Assembly: GCA_032718475.1 (NCBI GenBank)
Contig: JAUCBJ010000174.1
Location: 62,001 to 126,000, forward strand
Length of the DNA stretch: 64,000 nucleotides
Direction: 5' to 3'
Source of the DNA: Nemertoderma westbladi
Taxonomy: Eukaryota > Animalia > Xenacoelomorpha
In this document: piece by piece, positions 1 through 10,290 of the stretch
Layout of the letters: every line of letters begins with the position of its first letter
How positions within the stretch are numbered: the stretch's first letter is position 1
Made by a program: the position numbers and the translations under genes
The notes under the pieces: model-generated
Databases searched by the model: none
What the model was told of the DNA's origin: nothing
Seen by the model: the letters and a program-made list of their open reading frames with translations, nothing else

Positions 1-309
1 GGTACTTGGACCCCTGCTTTTCACACTGTATACTCGGTCACTATCCCGCGTTATTGCTAAATATGGTCTTGGGTATCATTTGTATGCCGACGATACACAA
101 ATTTATATTTCGTTCAAGCGTGAAAACTTGTCTAATGCGATACTGTTAAGTGAGAAATGTATAATTGAAGTAAAGCAATGGATGACTAGACACTGGATGA
201 AGATGAACCCTGACAAAACAGAATTCATAGTATGTCAGTCAAAGTTCTCCCAACTAGTGCCAACTTAAAGTTTGCATATTGAAAATAACCAGGTGTTTAA
301 TACTTCCTC
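1..309 (+). mobile_element. L2/CR1-group LINE, RT domain, part 5' of the insertion
   Basis: [10 protein letters not shown]...[10 protein letters not shown]...WM...[10 protein letters not shown] motifs; in-frame TAA at 266-268; the reading ...VFNTSS continues as ARNIGFVVD after 8684. Confidence 0.9.
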
Positions 310-987
310 AGTAGTAGGGTCTTGGGCGGCTCTGCGACAGTTGGACCTAACTGACACCCATTGGGTGTCATATGACACCCAATTATCACCCTATGGGTGT
401 CATTGGGTGTCATTGGCGCCAGACTGTCTGGGTGACACCTCCCAATTAGGCTAATTAGACCCTAATTGACAGGTGTCATCAATTAATTAGTACAATTAAA
501 CCCTAACAGGTGTCATATGACTCCTAATTAGGGTTTAATTGATTATCCTAATTAATCAGACTGATTAGCGCCCCGACACACAATGGGTCATCAGTGATGT
601 CCAACTGTCGCAGAGCCGGCTCAAGAGGGTGTCATAAGTGACACCGCAGCTCTTTTATTCATTAATACCTATTTATTTATATTTAATTTTAATTAATTAA
701 TTGTACTTTATTTTAGATTTACCAATAATTAGTTTTATATATTGGTTTCTATATGACCTCATGGACTTTCATCTCGTTATACTTAGACATAGGGTATACA
801 GCTCCCTTACTGGTAACTAATTACTCTTATCTATATCCAGACAGCTTTATCGTTGACCTTTGACCTTTGACCCCCCAATTAGCTTTAACCAAGCAACAGC
901 ATATTAATGATAGTTGTATCCAAGCGCCCCTGCCCCCACCCCGTGACAGCTCTGATTACTAATTACTCTTACCTATATCCAACCGCC

Positions 988-1017
988 TGCAGTTCCATAG
1001 TCTGCCGCTAGAGGGCG
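988..1017 (+). promoter_or_regulatory. CTCF-type site with upstream motif (further cores at 1481-1493 and 2486-2498; reversed at 6978-6989 and 7981-7993)
   Basis: TGCAGTTCC-n5-CTGCCGCTAGAGGGCG resembles the CTCF core plus the ZF9-11 upstream motif at the known 5-nt spacing. Confidence 0.55.
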
Positions 1018-2593
1018 TATTATCTGAAAATTAACATCTTCTCTAACTTTGTTATTTTCAATTTAACTATTTATTTGTACCTAATTTTAATTAATTATTT
1101 GTATTCTATTTGACTTTATTTATTCATTTGTACTTTATTTTAAATTAATTAATTGTATTACTTTTATTTTATACATTGATTTCTATTTTTAGATTAATTA
1201 GTTTTTATATTACCAATGAGATCACTATGACATAATGTCTATTTTTAGCTCTATGGTTTATAGATCCCTTATCGTTAACTTTATAATCTTTCCTCTCGCG
1301 GCCCCTTTGTCTTCGTTATTCAATGGCGCCACTCTGTCTACCATTGAATAACATTGGGCAATCATTATCTCGCCTGATGTGACGTCATCAAAGCTGCTCT
1401 CCCCCTGCCCCCCACCCCGTGACAGCTCTGATTACTAATTACTCTTACATATATCCAACCGCCTGCAGTTCCATAGTCTGCCGCTAGAGGGCGTATTATC
1501 TGAAAATTAGCATCTTCTCTAACTTTGTTATTTTCAATTTAACTATTTATTTATAATTAATTTTAATTAATTAATTGTACTTTATTTTACTTTATTTATT
1601 CATTTGTAGTTTATTTTAAATTAATTAATTGTACTTTATTTTACTTTATTTATTCATTTGTACTTTATTTTAAATTAATTAATTGTATTACTTTTATTTT
1701 ATACATTGATTTCTATTTTTAGATTAATTAGTTTTTATATTACTTACCGCTACTAAATGAGATCATTATTGGAAGCATGTAACCATAGACTTGCAGCCTT
1801 ATTTAGCCCTAGGGTATACAGCTCCCTTACTGGTAACTATTTTGGAGTTAATGTTAGCAAAGGGCCTAAACTTAAGACAAGCTATCGCCTAGGTTACCAG
1901 TTACGCATGAATGAGCAATTTATCGGGGCCCCTCTTAAAATTCTTTGTGCTGCGTCAGGATTGCCTCATTTAAGGAAGCCGCATCCCTATCGATAATCTA
2001 ATTATGGTATCGCTAACCATTTTCAGTATACTGTATAATTAAATAGGGCCCTCTTTTAATACATAAGTTTATATATATACAGTTTATCTTCAATTTAATT
2101 TGTTTTTATTTACAACCCTATGTTCTACTGTATTATAATTTATAATAACAAGCTATATCCGGTTAATCCGTATTAATTTTCTTTGTACTGAGGTTATCGA
2201 GGGCGCTCTTTCCAATGGTCCTATTCTCAAAACGATCTAACCTACTGTATAATTAATTACTTAAGACTGCGAGGTATGCGTAATTAACACATCTCATTTA
2301 CCAGTTTTCCTTAAAAACTATGAAGTTATATTGCTTAAGAGTTCTAAGGGGCGAGCCATGAGGCAAGATGTTTGAGACTTATTTAGATATATTATTACTT
2401 AATTTTGACCCCCCAATCGGCATCTACTACGGCATAGGCTATATCTTTTGCAGAGTCACAGAGTAGTATGAAGTTCCCCAGTCTGCCGCTAGAGGGCGAA
2501 ATGTCTCAAAGTGAAAACCATACGGTAGCCATGAATTGGTTACTAGGCAATAATACTGCATTTTGCAACGTTAGGCCTATTGCTGACCGAACG

Positions 2594-2677
2594 AAAACTG
2601 CCCTGGTTCATGCAGGGGTCGAACCCATGACATACGAGAGATGTGAATTCTACGCAACCACTACACCAAGGTGGAAC
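2594..2677 (-). ncRNA. tRNA-derived Pol III unit in the left arm
   Basis: Minus strand: A box TGGTGTAGTGG, B box GGTTCGACCCC, GTTC/GAAC end pairing, TTTT terminator; no canonical anticodon arm. Confidence 0.55.
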
Positions 2678-2740
2678 AGTAACCTTCGAATTTGTTCGTT
2701 GACGTTCGAATTTGTAAGACTCTCATTTAAGACTTGACAC

Positions 2741-3750
2741 AGACTATGCCTCACTGAGGCATAGACTATGACTCACTGAGGCATAGACTATGACTCACTG
2801 AGGCACTGAGGCATAGACTATGCCTCACTGAGGCACTGAGGCATAGACTATGCCTCACTGAGGCATAGACTATGCCTCACTGAGGCATAGACTATGCCTC
2901 ACTGAGGCATAGACTATGCCTCACTGAGGCATAGACTATGCCTCACTGAGGCACTGAGGCATAGACTATGCCTCACTGAGGCATAGACTATGACTCACTG
3001 AGGCATAGACTATGCCTCACTGAGGCATAGACTATGCCTCACTGAGGCATAGACTATGCCTCACTGAGGCATAGACTATGCCTCACTGAGGCATAGACTA
3101 TGACTCACTGAGGCATAGACTATGCCTCACTGAGGCATAGACTATGCACTCACTGAGGCATAGACTATGCCTCACTGAGGCATAGACTATGCCTCACTGA
3201 GGCATAGACTATGCCTCACTGAGGCACTGAGGCATAGACTATGCCTCACTGAGGCATAGACTATGCCTCACTGAGGCATAGACTATGCCTCACTGAGGCA
3301 TAGACTATGCCTCACTGAGGCACTGAGGCATAGACTATGACTCACTGAGGCATAGACTATGCCTCACTGAGGCATAGACTATGCCTCACTGAGGCACTGA
3401 GGCATAGACTATGCCTCACTGAGGCACTGAGGCATAGACTATGCCTCACTGGGCACTGAGGCATAGACTATGACTCACTGAGGCATAGACTATGCCTCAC
3501 TGGGCACTGAGGCATAGACTATGCCTCACTGAGGCATAGACTATGCCTCACTGAGGCACTGAGGCATAGACTATGCCTCACTGAGGCACTGAGGCATAGA
3601 CTATGCCTCACTGAGGCATAGACTATGCCTACTGAGGCATAGAATAGGCCTCACTGAGGCATAGACTATGCCTCACTGAGGCACTGAGGCATAGACTATG
3701 ACTCACTGAGGCATAGACTATGCCTCACTGAGGCATAGACTATGCCTCAC
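2741..3750 (+). repeat. Tandem array of palindromic 22-bp units (GACTATGCCTCACTGAGGCATA) with 30-bp variants
   Basis: About 40 units; CTATGCCTCA-C-TGAGGCATAG is a 10+1+10 palindrome; variants add CTGAGGCA or read TGACTCA. Confidence 0.97.
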
Positions 3751-3835
3751 CATGGATGGGCTTTACCACTGTACTCGCATCTGCTGTCTCATTGGCTGCT
3801 CGATGCCTCAGATTAAGGGTCTAAGGTCTTCAAGC

Positions 3836-3903
3836 TGATCATTTGCTTAGTTTTCTAATTAGAAGGTCGTGAGTTCGAACCCTAGAAGAGCATTATTCTT
3901 TTT
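3836..3903 (+). ncRNA. Second tRNA-derived B-box unit in the central region
   Basis: AAGGTCGTGAGTTCGAACC (variable loop/T-arm-like; B box 3871-3881) followed by TTTTT at 3899-3903; A box weak. Confidence 0.35.
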
Positions 3904-4139
3904 CCTAGCTCTTGGCTAACTCTAGTTACACTAGCTTTGACTCTCCCAGCTATAGTGATAGTATGCAACCTTGGGAGTTAATGTGAGTAAAGGCCAAGAG
4001 ATTAGACTTCAGGTTGCCTCTATTGGTTCATTCTTCTTAACTTTATAAAATAACTCAACCCTTATTTAAAGTTTTAAAAATTATGACTTAGTCGACCAAT
4101 TTTCCAAAGTATATTATAAAAACATATAATTTCTTGAAT

Positions 4140-4295
4140 AAATAGACCTAATAGTAATAAATATTGTGGGGTAAATACATTTATAATACTAATATAATTA
4201 TTATGGATAAATAGTCCTAATACTAATATAATTGTTATGGATAAATAGTCCTAATACTAATATAATTGTTTTGGATAAATAGCCCTAACACTATT
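4140..4295. repeat. ~33-bp AT-rich tandem repeat downstream of the central ORF
   Basis: GGATAAATAGTCCTAATACTAATATAATTGTTAT-like unit, about 4 copies. Confidence 0.7.
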
Positions 4296-4321
4296 ATGAA
4301 AGGAACTCAAACAAACAAATG

Positions 4322-5374
4322 TCAATAGCGTCGTCCTGCGCGGGCATTTACTGAACGAGAGTTTTTTATCATAGGTCTTCGAAAATTAGTAAAAGCTGGT
4401 TGATTTACTTTACTTTCATCTTCCTCATTACCCAACTGTTTCTTAATTTTATTCAATTGTTCATTAATTTTCAGTAATTTACTTTTATTTCCCAGAACCT
4501 GTCTTAATATCTCTTCTCTATTTTCCTCATTTTCTTCCATTTGTTTAATAAATTTCCGCATTTGATTTTTGTTTCCTAATATTTGTCTCAATATCTCTTC
4601 TTTATTTTCATCATTCTCTTCTAAATGTTTAATAAATTTCTGTAATTTAATTTTACTTCCTAGGACTTGGGTCAATGTCGCCTCTTTATTTTCTTCATTT
4701 TCCTTCAAATGTTTAATAATTTTCCGCAATTGATTCTTATTTCCAAGTAATTGCCTCTTTATTTCCTCATTATCATCATTTTCATCCTCTTCTCCACTTT
4801 CCTGATCTTCACTTTCTTCACCCTCTTTCTGACCTTCACTTTCTTCATCCTCTTCCCCGCCTTCACTTTCTTCATCCTCTTCCTGTTCTTCACTTTCTTC
4901 ATCCTCTTCCTGTTCTTCACTTTCTTCATTCTCTTCCTGACCTTCGCTATCTTCACCCTCTTCTTGACCTTCACTTTCTTCATCATCATCCTGATCTTCA
5001 CTTTCTTCGTTCTCAACTTCACTCTCTTCAACTTCATCCTGACCCTCACTATTTTCATTCTCCATCTCATCATCCTCTTCTTCTCCATCTTTCTCACTCA
5101 AATTTTCCTCATTTTCTAGGGGTAACTGTTTTTGTATCCCTTTCAAAATATTCATAACTTTATGAAATTTACTTTCCATTGTCTGTTTTATATTTAATAT
5201 ATCACGCTCATCTCTCTTTTTCTTTTCATCTTCACTAAAAATATCTTCGGATTTTTTAAATTTTTTTGGTAATGGAGCCATTAGTTTTTCCTTTCCATGT
5301 GTTTCCATATGACGAGATAAATTGTCTTGTCTCATTTCTTTATTACAAACCAAACAACTTTCATGTCTATGCAT
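4322..5374 (-). CDS. 350-aa protein: N-terminal C2H2-like zinc finger, basic patch, acidic 9-aa repeats, four ~28-aa helical repeats
   Basis: Intact ATG-to-stop ORF; CLVCNKEMRQDNLSRHMETH; PKKFKK; (EESEEQEED)n; NxEEILRQxLGNKxxLxKxIxxLxENEE x4. Confidence 0.75.
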   Translation of the reverse strand: MHRHESCLVCNKEMRQDNLSRHMETHGKEKLMAPLPKKFKKSEDIFSEDEKKKRDERDILNIKQTMESKFHKVMNILKGIQKQLPLENEENLSEKDGEEEDDEMENENSEGQDEVEESEVENEESEDQDDDEESEGQEEGEDSEGQEENEESEEQEEDEESEEQEEDEESEGGEEDEESEGQKEGEESEDQESGEEDENDDNEEIKRQLLGNKNQLRKIIKHLKENEENKEATLTQVLGSKIKLQKFIKHLEENDENKEEILRQILGNKNQMRKFIKQMEENEENREEILRQVLGNKSKLLKINEQLNKIKKQLGNEEDESKVNQPAFTNFRRPMIKNSRSVNARAGRRY

Positions 5375-5459
5375 TATATAGCAATGTCAATTGATAATAT
5401 TGAATTTTAGCTAAATGATTTTACAAAATTTTAAATAAATTAAACTTTTATGAAAATAA

Positions 5460-5615
5460 ATAAAACTTTTTAATATAAAACTTAGAGAATGACTGGGAAT
5501 GCGTTGAACGGGGGTTATTATAGAGGGAGGCTAGAATGGATTATCCAATCAGAGTGCGAGGGTGAGTTAGGCAGCCAATCAGGACTCGAGGGAGGAAAGT
5601 TAGACAGCCAATGAG
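5460..5615 (-). promoter_or_regulatory. Putative Pol II promoter of the central ORF
   Basis: Three CCAAT boxes about 30 bp apart (~5545, ~5575, ~5608) and TATA-like elements (~5475, ~5520) upstream of ATG 5374. Confidence 0.4.
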
Positions 5616-5825
5616 AGAGTAGATGCGAGTACAGTGGTAAAGCCCATCCATAGTGAGATAACGTCACACTAACTCTCAAGGATAGTTATACTCACCATTC
5701 AAATATCCCTCGCAAACCAGATTCCCCCCCAGCATCTAAAGTATTCCACTTCAATGCAAAATATATAGAGCTTTAGTTGGATTTGAACCTGTGCTTGTAA
5801 ACTTTTTTGTGCTCGTATATTGAAG

Positions 5826-6735
5826 TGAGGCATAGACTATGCCTCACTGAGGCATAGTCTATGCCTCAGTGCCTCAGTGAGGCATAGTCTATGCCTCAAT
5901 GAGTCATAGTCTATGCCTCAGTGCCTCAGTGAGGCATAGTCTATGCCTCAGTGAGTCATAGTCTATGCCTCAGTGCCTCAGTGCGGCATAGTCTATGCCT
6001 CAGTGAGGCATAGTCTATGCCTCAGTGCCTCAGTGAGGCATAGTCTATGCCTCAGTGAGACATAGTCTATGCCTCAGTGAGGCATAGTCTATGCCTCAGT
6101 GAGTCATATTCTATGCCTCAGTGCCTCAGTGAGTCATAGTCTATGCCTCAGTGAGGCATAGCCTATGCCTCAGTGAGTCATAGTCTATGCCTCAGTGAGG
6201 CATAGTCTATGCCTCAGTGCCTCAGTGAGGCATAGTCTACGCCTCAATGAGGCATAGTCTATGCCTCAGTGAGGCATAGTCTATGCCTCAGTGAGTGCAT
6301 AGTCTATGCCTCAGTGCCTCAGTGAGGCATAGTCTATGCCTCAGTGAGTCATAGTCTATGCCTAATGCCTCAGTGAGGCATAGTCTATGCCTCAGTGAGG
6401 CATAGTCTATGCCTCAGTGAGTCATAGTCTATGCCTCAGTGCCTCAGTGAGGCATAGTCTATGCCTCAGTGCCCCAGTGAGGCATAGTCTATGCCTCAGT
6501 GAGGCATAGTCTATGCCTCAGTGAGTCATAGTCTATGCCTCAGTGAGTCATAGTCTATGCCTCAGTGCCTCAGTGAGGCCTAGTCTATGCCTCAGTGAGG
6601 CCTAGTCTATGCCTCAGTGAGGCATAGTCTATGCCTCAGTGCCTCAGTGAGGCATAGTCTATGCCTCAGTGCCTCAATGAGGCATAGTCTATGCCTCAGT
6701 GAGTCATAGTCTATGCCTCGGTGAGGCATAGTCTG
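5826..6735 (-). repeat. Inverted copy of the palindromic 22/30-bp array
   Basis: Units read TATGCCTCAGTGAGGCATAGTC; begins with a perfect 21+1+21 palindrome at 5826-5868. Confidence 0.97.
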
Positions 6736-6797
6736 TGTCAAGTCTTAAATGAGAGTCTTACAAATTCGAACGTCAACGAACAAATTCGAAGGTTACT

Positions 6798-6881
6798 GTT
6801 CCACCTTGGTGTAGTGGTTGCGTAGAATTCACATCTCTCGTATGTCATGGGTTCGACCCCTGCATGAACCAGGGCAGTTTT
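6798..6881 (+). ncRNA. tRNA-derived Pol III unit in the right arm
   Basis: A box 6807-6817, B box 6850-6860, TTTT 6878-6881; mirror of 2594-2677. Confidence 0.55.
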
Positions 6882-8683
6882 CGTTCGGTCAGCAATAGGC
6901 CTAACGTTGCAAAATGCAGTATTATTGCCTAGTAACCAATTCATGGCTACCGTATGGTTTTCACTTTGAGACATTAAGCCCTCTAGCGGCAGACTGGGGA
7001 ACTTCATACTACTCTGTGACTCTGCAAAAGATATAGCCTATGCCATAGTAGATGCCGATTAGGGGGTCAAATTAAGTAATAATATATCTAAATAAGTCTC
7101 AAACATCTTGCCTCATGGCTCGCCCCTTAGAACTCTTAAGCAATATAACTTCATAGTTTTTAAGGAAAACTGGTAAATGAGATGTGTTAATTACGCATAC
7201 CTCGCAGTCTTAAGTAATTAATTATACAGTAGGTTAGATCGTTTTGAGAATAGGACCATTGGAAAGAGCGCCCTCGATAACCTCAGTACAAAGAAAATTA
7301 ATACGGATTAACCGGATATAGCTTGTTATTATAAATTATAATACAGTAGAACATAGGGTTGTAAATAAAAACAAATTAAATTGAAGATAAACTGTATATA
7401 TATAAACTTATGTATTAAAAGAGGGCCCTATTTAATTATACAGTATACTGAAAATGGTTAGCGATACCATAATTAGATTATCGATAGGGATGCGGCTTCC
7501 TTAAATGAGGCAATCCTGACGCAGCACAAAGAATTTTAAGAGGGGCCCCGATAAATTGCTCATTCATGCGTAACTGGTAACCTAGGCGATAGCTTGTCTT
7601 AAGTTTAGGCCCTTTGCTAACATTAACTCCAAAATAGTTACCAGTAAGGGAGCTGTATACCCTAGGGCTAAATAAGGCTGCAAGTCTATGGTTACATGCT
7701 TCCAATAATGATCTCATTTAGTAGCGGTAAGTAATATAAAAACTAATTAATCTAAAAATAGAAATCAATGTATAAAATAAAAGTAATACAATTAATTAAT
7801 TTAAAATAAAGTACAAATGAATAAATAAAGTAAAATAAAGTACAATTAATTAATTTAAAATAAACTACAAATGAATAAATAAAGTAAAATAAAGTACAAT
7901 TAATTAATTAAAATTAATTATAAATAAATAGTTAAATTGAAAATAACAAAGTTAGAGAAGATGCTAATTTTCAGATAATACGCCCTCTAGCGACAGACTA
8001 TGGAACTGCAGGCGGTTGGATATATGTAAGAGTAATTAGTAATCAGAGCTGTCACGGGGTGGGGGGCAGGGGCGCTTGGATACAACTATTATTAATAAGC
8101 TGTTGCTTGGTTAAAGCTAATTGGGGGTCAAAGGTCAAAGGTCAACGATAAAGCTGTCTGGAGTAATTAGTTACCAGTAAGGGAGCTGTATACCCTATGT
8201 CTAAGTATAACGAGATGAAAGTCCATGAGGTCATATAGAAACCAATATATAAAACTAATTATTGGTAAATCTAAAATAAAGTACAATTAATTAATTAAAA
8301 TTAAATATAAATAAATAGGTATTAATGAATAAAAGAGCTGCGGTGTCACTTATGACACCCTCTTGAGCCGGCTCTGCGACAGTTGGACATCACTGATGAC
8401 CCATTGTGTGTCGGGGCGCTAATCAGTCTGATTAATTAGGATAATCAATTAAACCCTAATTAGGAGTCATATGACACCTGTTAGGGTTTAATTGTACTAA
8501 TTAATTGATGACACCTGTCAATTAGGGTCTAATTAGCCTAATTGGGAGGTGTCACCCAGACAGTCTGGCGCCAATGACACCCAATGACACCCATAGGGTG
8601 ATAATTGGGTGTCATATGACACCCAATGGGTGTCAGTTAGGTCCAACTGTCGCAGAGCCGCCCAAGACCCTACTACTTTCCTC

Positions 8684-9562
8684 TGCACGGAATATTGGCT
8701 TTGTTGTCGATCAACATCTGATGTTTGATAAACAAATCTCTAATGTGGTTCGTAGTTGCTTTCATCAACTGAGAAACTTGTCGCGCATACAGTTATACCT
8801 ACCTAAAAACCATCTTAAAACAGTAATTCACGCATTGATATCATCTAGATTGGACTCCAATAATGCTCTTTATTTCGGATTATCCAATAAGTCCATAAAA
8901 CGATTACAATACGTCCAAAACTGTGCTGCGCGGTTACTATGTAAAATCGGTAGGAGGGATCATATTACACCAGTTTTAAAGCAATTACATTGGTTGCCAG
9001 TTAAGCGTAGAATCGACTTCAAGATCGCAATGACTGTTTTTAAATGTTTGCATGGCCTAGCACCACAATATTTAACGGATCTTCTCAATAGATATAAACC
9101 ACCTCGTGATTTGCGATCTGGATCTGCTAATTTATTGTCTGTCCCGAGATATAATCTTAGCAACTATGGACGCCGAGCATTCTCTATTGCGGGCCCACTA
9201 GTCTGGAATGCACTCCCGAGTGAATTGCGGCACATTAACTCATTAACACTATTTAAATCGCGTCTTAGGACACACCACTTCATTGAAGAATACCAATCGT
9301 GAAAGGGAGGATTCATCGTCGAATTTATAATTGTAATTAGTAATTACCTATCTCCTGCTGCGCGTTTTTAAAGTTTTTTTAAATCAAATATTTATTTTAA
9401 CTGAACTCACCTTAGTAGATCGCTAAGTGATTTAATCTTTGGATTATTTTAAAAACTGGTACCTGGACTCATTTTTAGAAATAAAAGCGCTTAGAGCTTA
9501 AATGTCTTATTTTGGTATTAGCGCTATATAAATATATATATTATTATTATTTATTATTATTA
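8684..9562 (+). mobile_element. L2 LINE 3' part: ORF2 C-terminus, 3' UTR and tail
   Basis: HALISSRLDSNNALY...RLQYVQNCAARL...HITPVLKQLHWLPVKRRIDFKI...RAFSIAGPLVWNALP; L2-type tail AGCGCTATATAAAT followed by (TTA)n. Confidence 0.93.
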
Positions 9563-9895
9563 CCCCCATCTGAAGAATAACAGGCTTTCTCCCGTTATAT
9601 TTCACTTTACAGTTACCCCATGTGAAGAATACCAGACTTTCTGCCGTTATATTTCACTTTGCAGTTACCCCCATATGTGAAGAATACCACGTTTTCACCA
9701 AAAACACAGGTTACAGAAGGGCTGAATCTAACCAAAACAATAAACAAAATAGTATATGTACAGGTTATAAGACAGAAATAAGCGCTATAAAACACTTAAT
9801 AAAGATAAATTTAAAAAAATAAAAAATCGTCATATATAAAATTCCAATAAAAAGTCGACCGTAAAGTGAAATCCTGGTATTCTTCACATGATGGG
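9563..9895. repeat. Small MITE-like repeat
   Basis: CCCAT(G/C)TGAAGAATACCAG motif three times at the left and once inverted at ~9873-9895; no clear TSD. Confidence 0.4.
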
Positions 9896-9949
9896 CGCTC
9901 TAATAAGTTACATTCTTGGAGTAAACTATTTCAAGCCATATTGTCAAGT

Positions 9950-10290
9950 CAAGCTATATGGTCATATTAATATACGTGGCGTTGTAGCCTTTTTCCGAAA
10001 ATTGGGGAATTACGATTAATGCTTTCAAATTATTGTTGCCGCCTTTCTATCTGATCAACTAATAGTTTTAAATTATACTGTACGTTTGAGGTATGGCGAC
10101 CAAATCGGAGTACAATATTCGAATAACGGACGTACTAATGACTTGTATGCTGTCATTAACGCATTAAATTTGCGCATTCAATCGCGAAAAATCATGTTTA
10201 TAACCTTTGGTTTGTACGCTTTGGTCGCCTGTACCTTGCAGTATTAGATCGAAAGTAAGATCGCTACTGACGAGCAAACATAGATCATTT
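9950..10290 (-). pseudogene. Degraded CR1 LINE ORF2 C-terminal fragment
   Basis: Minus strand reads ALMTAYKSLVRPLFEYCTPIWSPYL...DQIERRQ, with stops. Confidence 0.7.

Larger units (their letters stand above)
310..3750 (+). repeat. Left inverted arm of the foldback element
   Basis: Reverse complement of 5826-8677 (ORFs 1757-1996/7478-7717 and 2468-2737/6738-7007 mirror each other); carries an extra ~476-bp segment (~926-1401) bounded by a direct duplication. Confidence 0.95.
310..8677. mobile_element. Non-autonomous Polinton/Maverick-like foldback element with ~3-kb inverted arms
   Basis: Termini AGTAGTAGGGTCTTGGG (310) and CCCAAGACCCTACTACT (8677); 6-bp TSD TTCCTC at 304-309 and 8678-8683; removing it restores the L2 frame. 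The structure is certain; the Polinton assignment rests on AGT-repeat ends plus 6-bp TSD. Confidence 0.8.
5826..8677 (-). repeat. Right inverted arm of the foldback element
   Basis: Near-identical reverse complement of the left arm, lacking the ~476-bp segment. Confidence 0.95.

Noticed and set aside
2594-2677. Functional tRNA gene
   Set aside because: A and B boxes are present, but there is no proper 7-bp acceptor stem or anticodon arm.
1757-2737. Mirror ORFs of 79 and 89 aa (also 6738-7717)
   Set aside because: Duplicated only because of the inverted arms; no motifs; the 89-aa frame overlaps the tRNA-like unit and a CTCF motif.
2741-3750. CRISPR array (regular palindromic repeats)
   Set aside because: Units abut with no unique spacers, there are no cas genes, and the context is eukaryotic transposon DNA.
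4751-5119. Hydrophobic (F/L/I) and basic (K/R/M) ORFs
   Set aside because: Alternative-frame shadows of the acidic repeat in 4322-5374.
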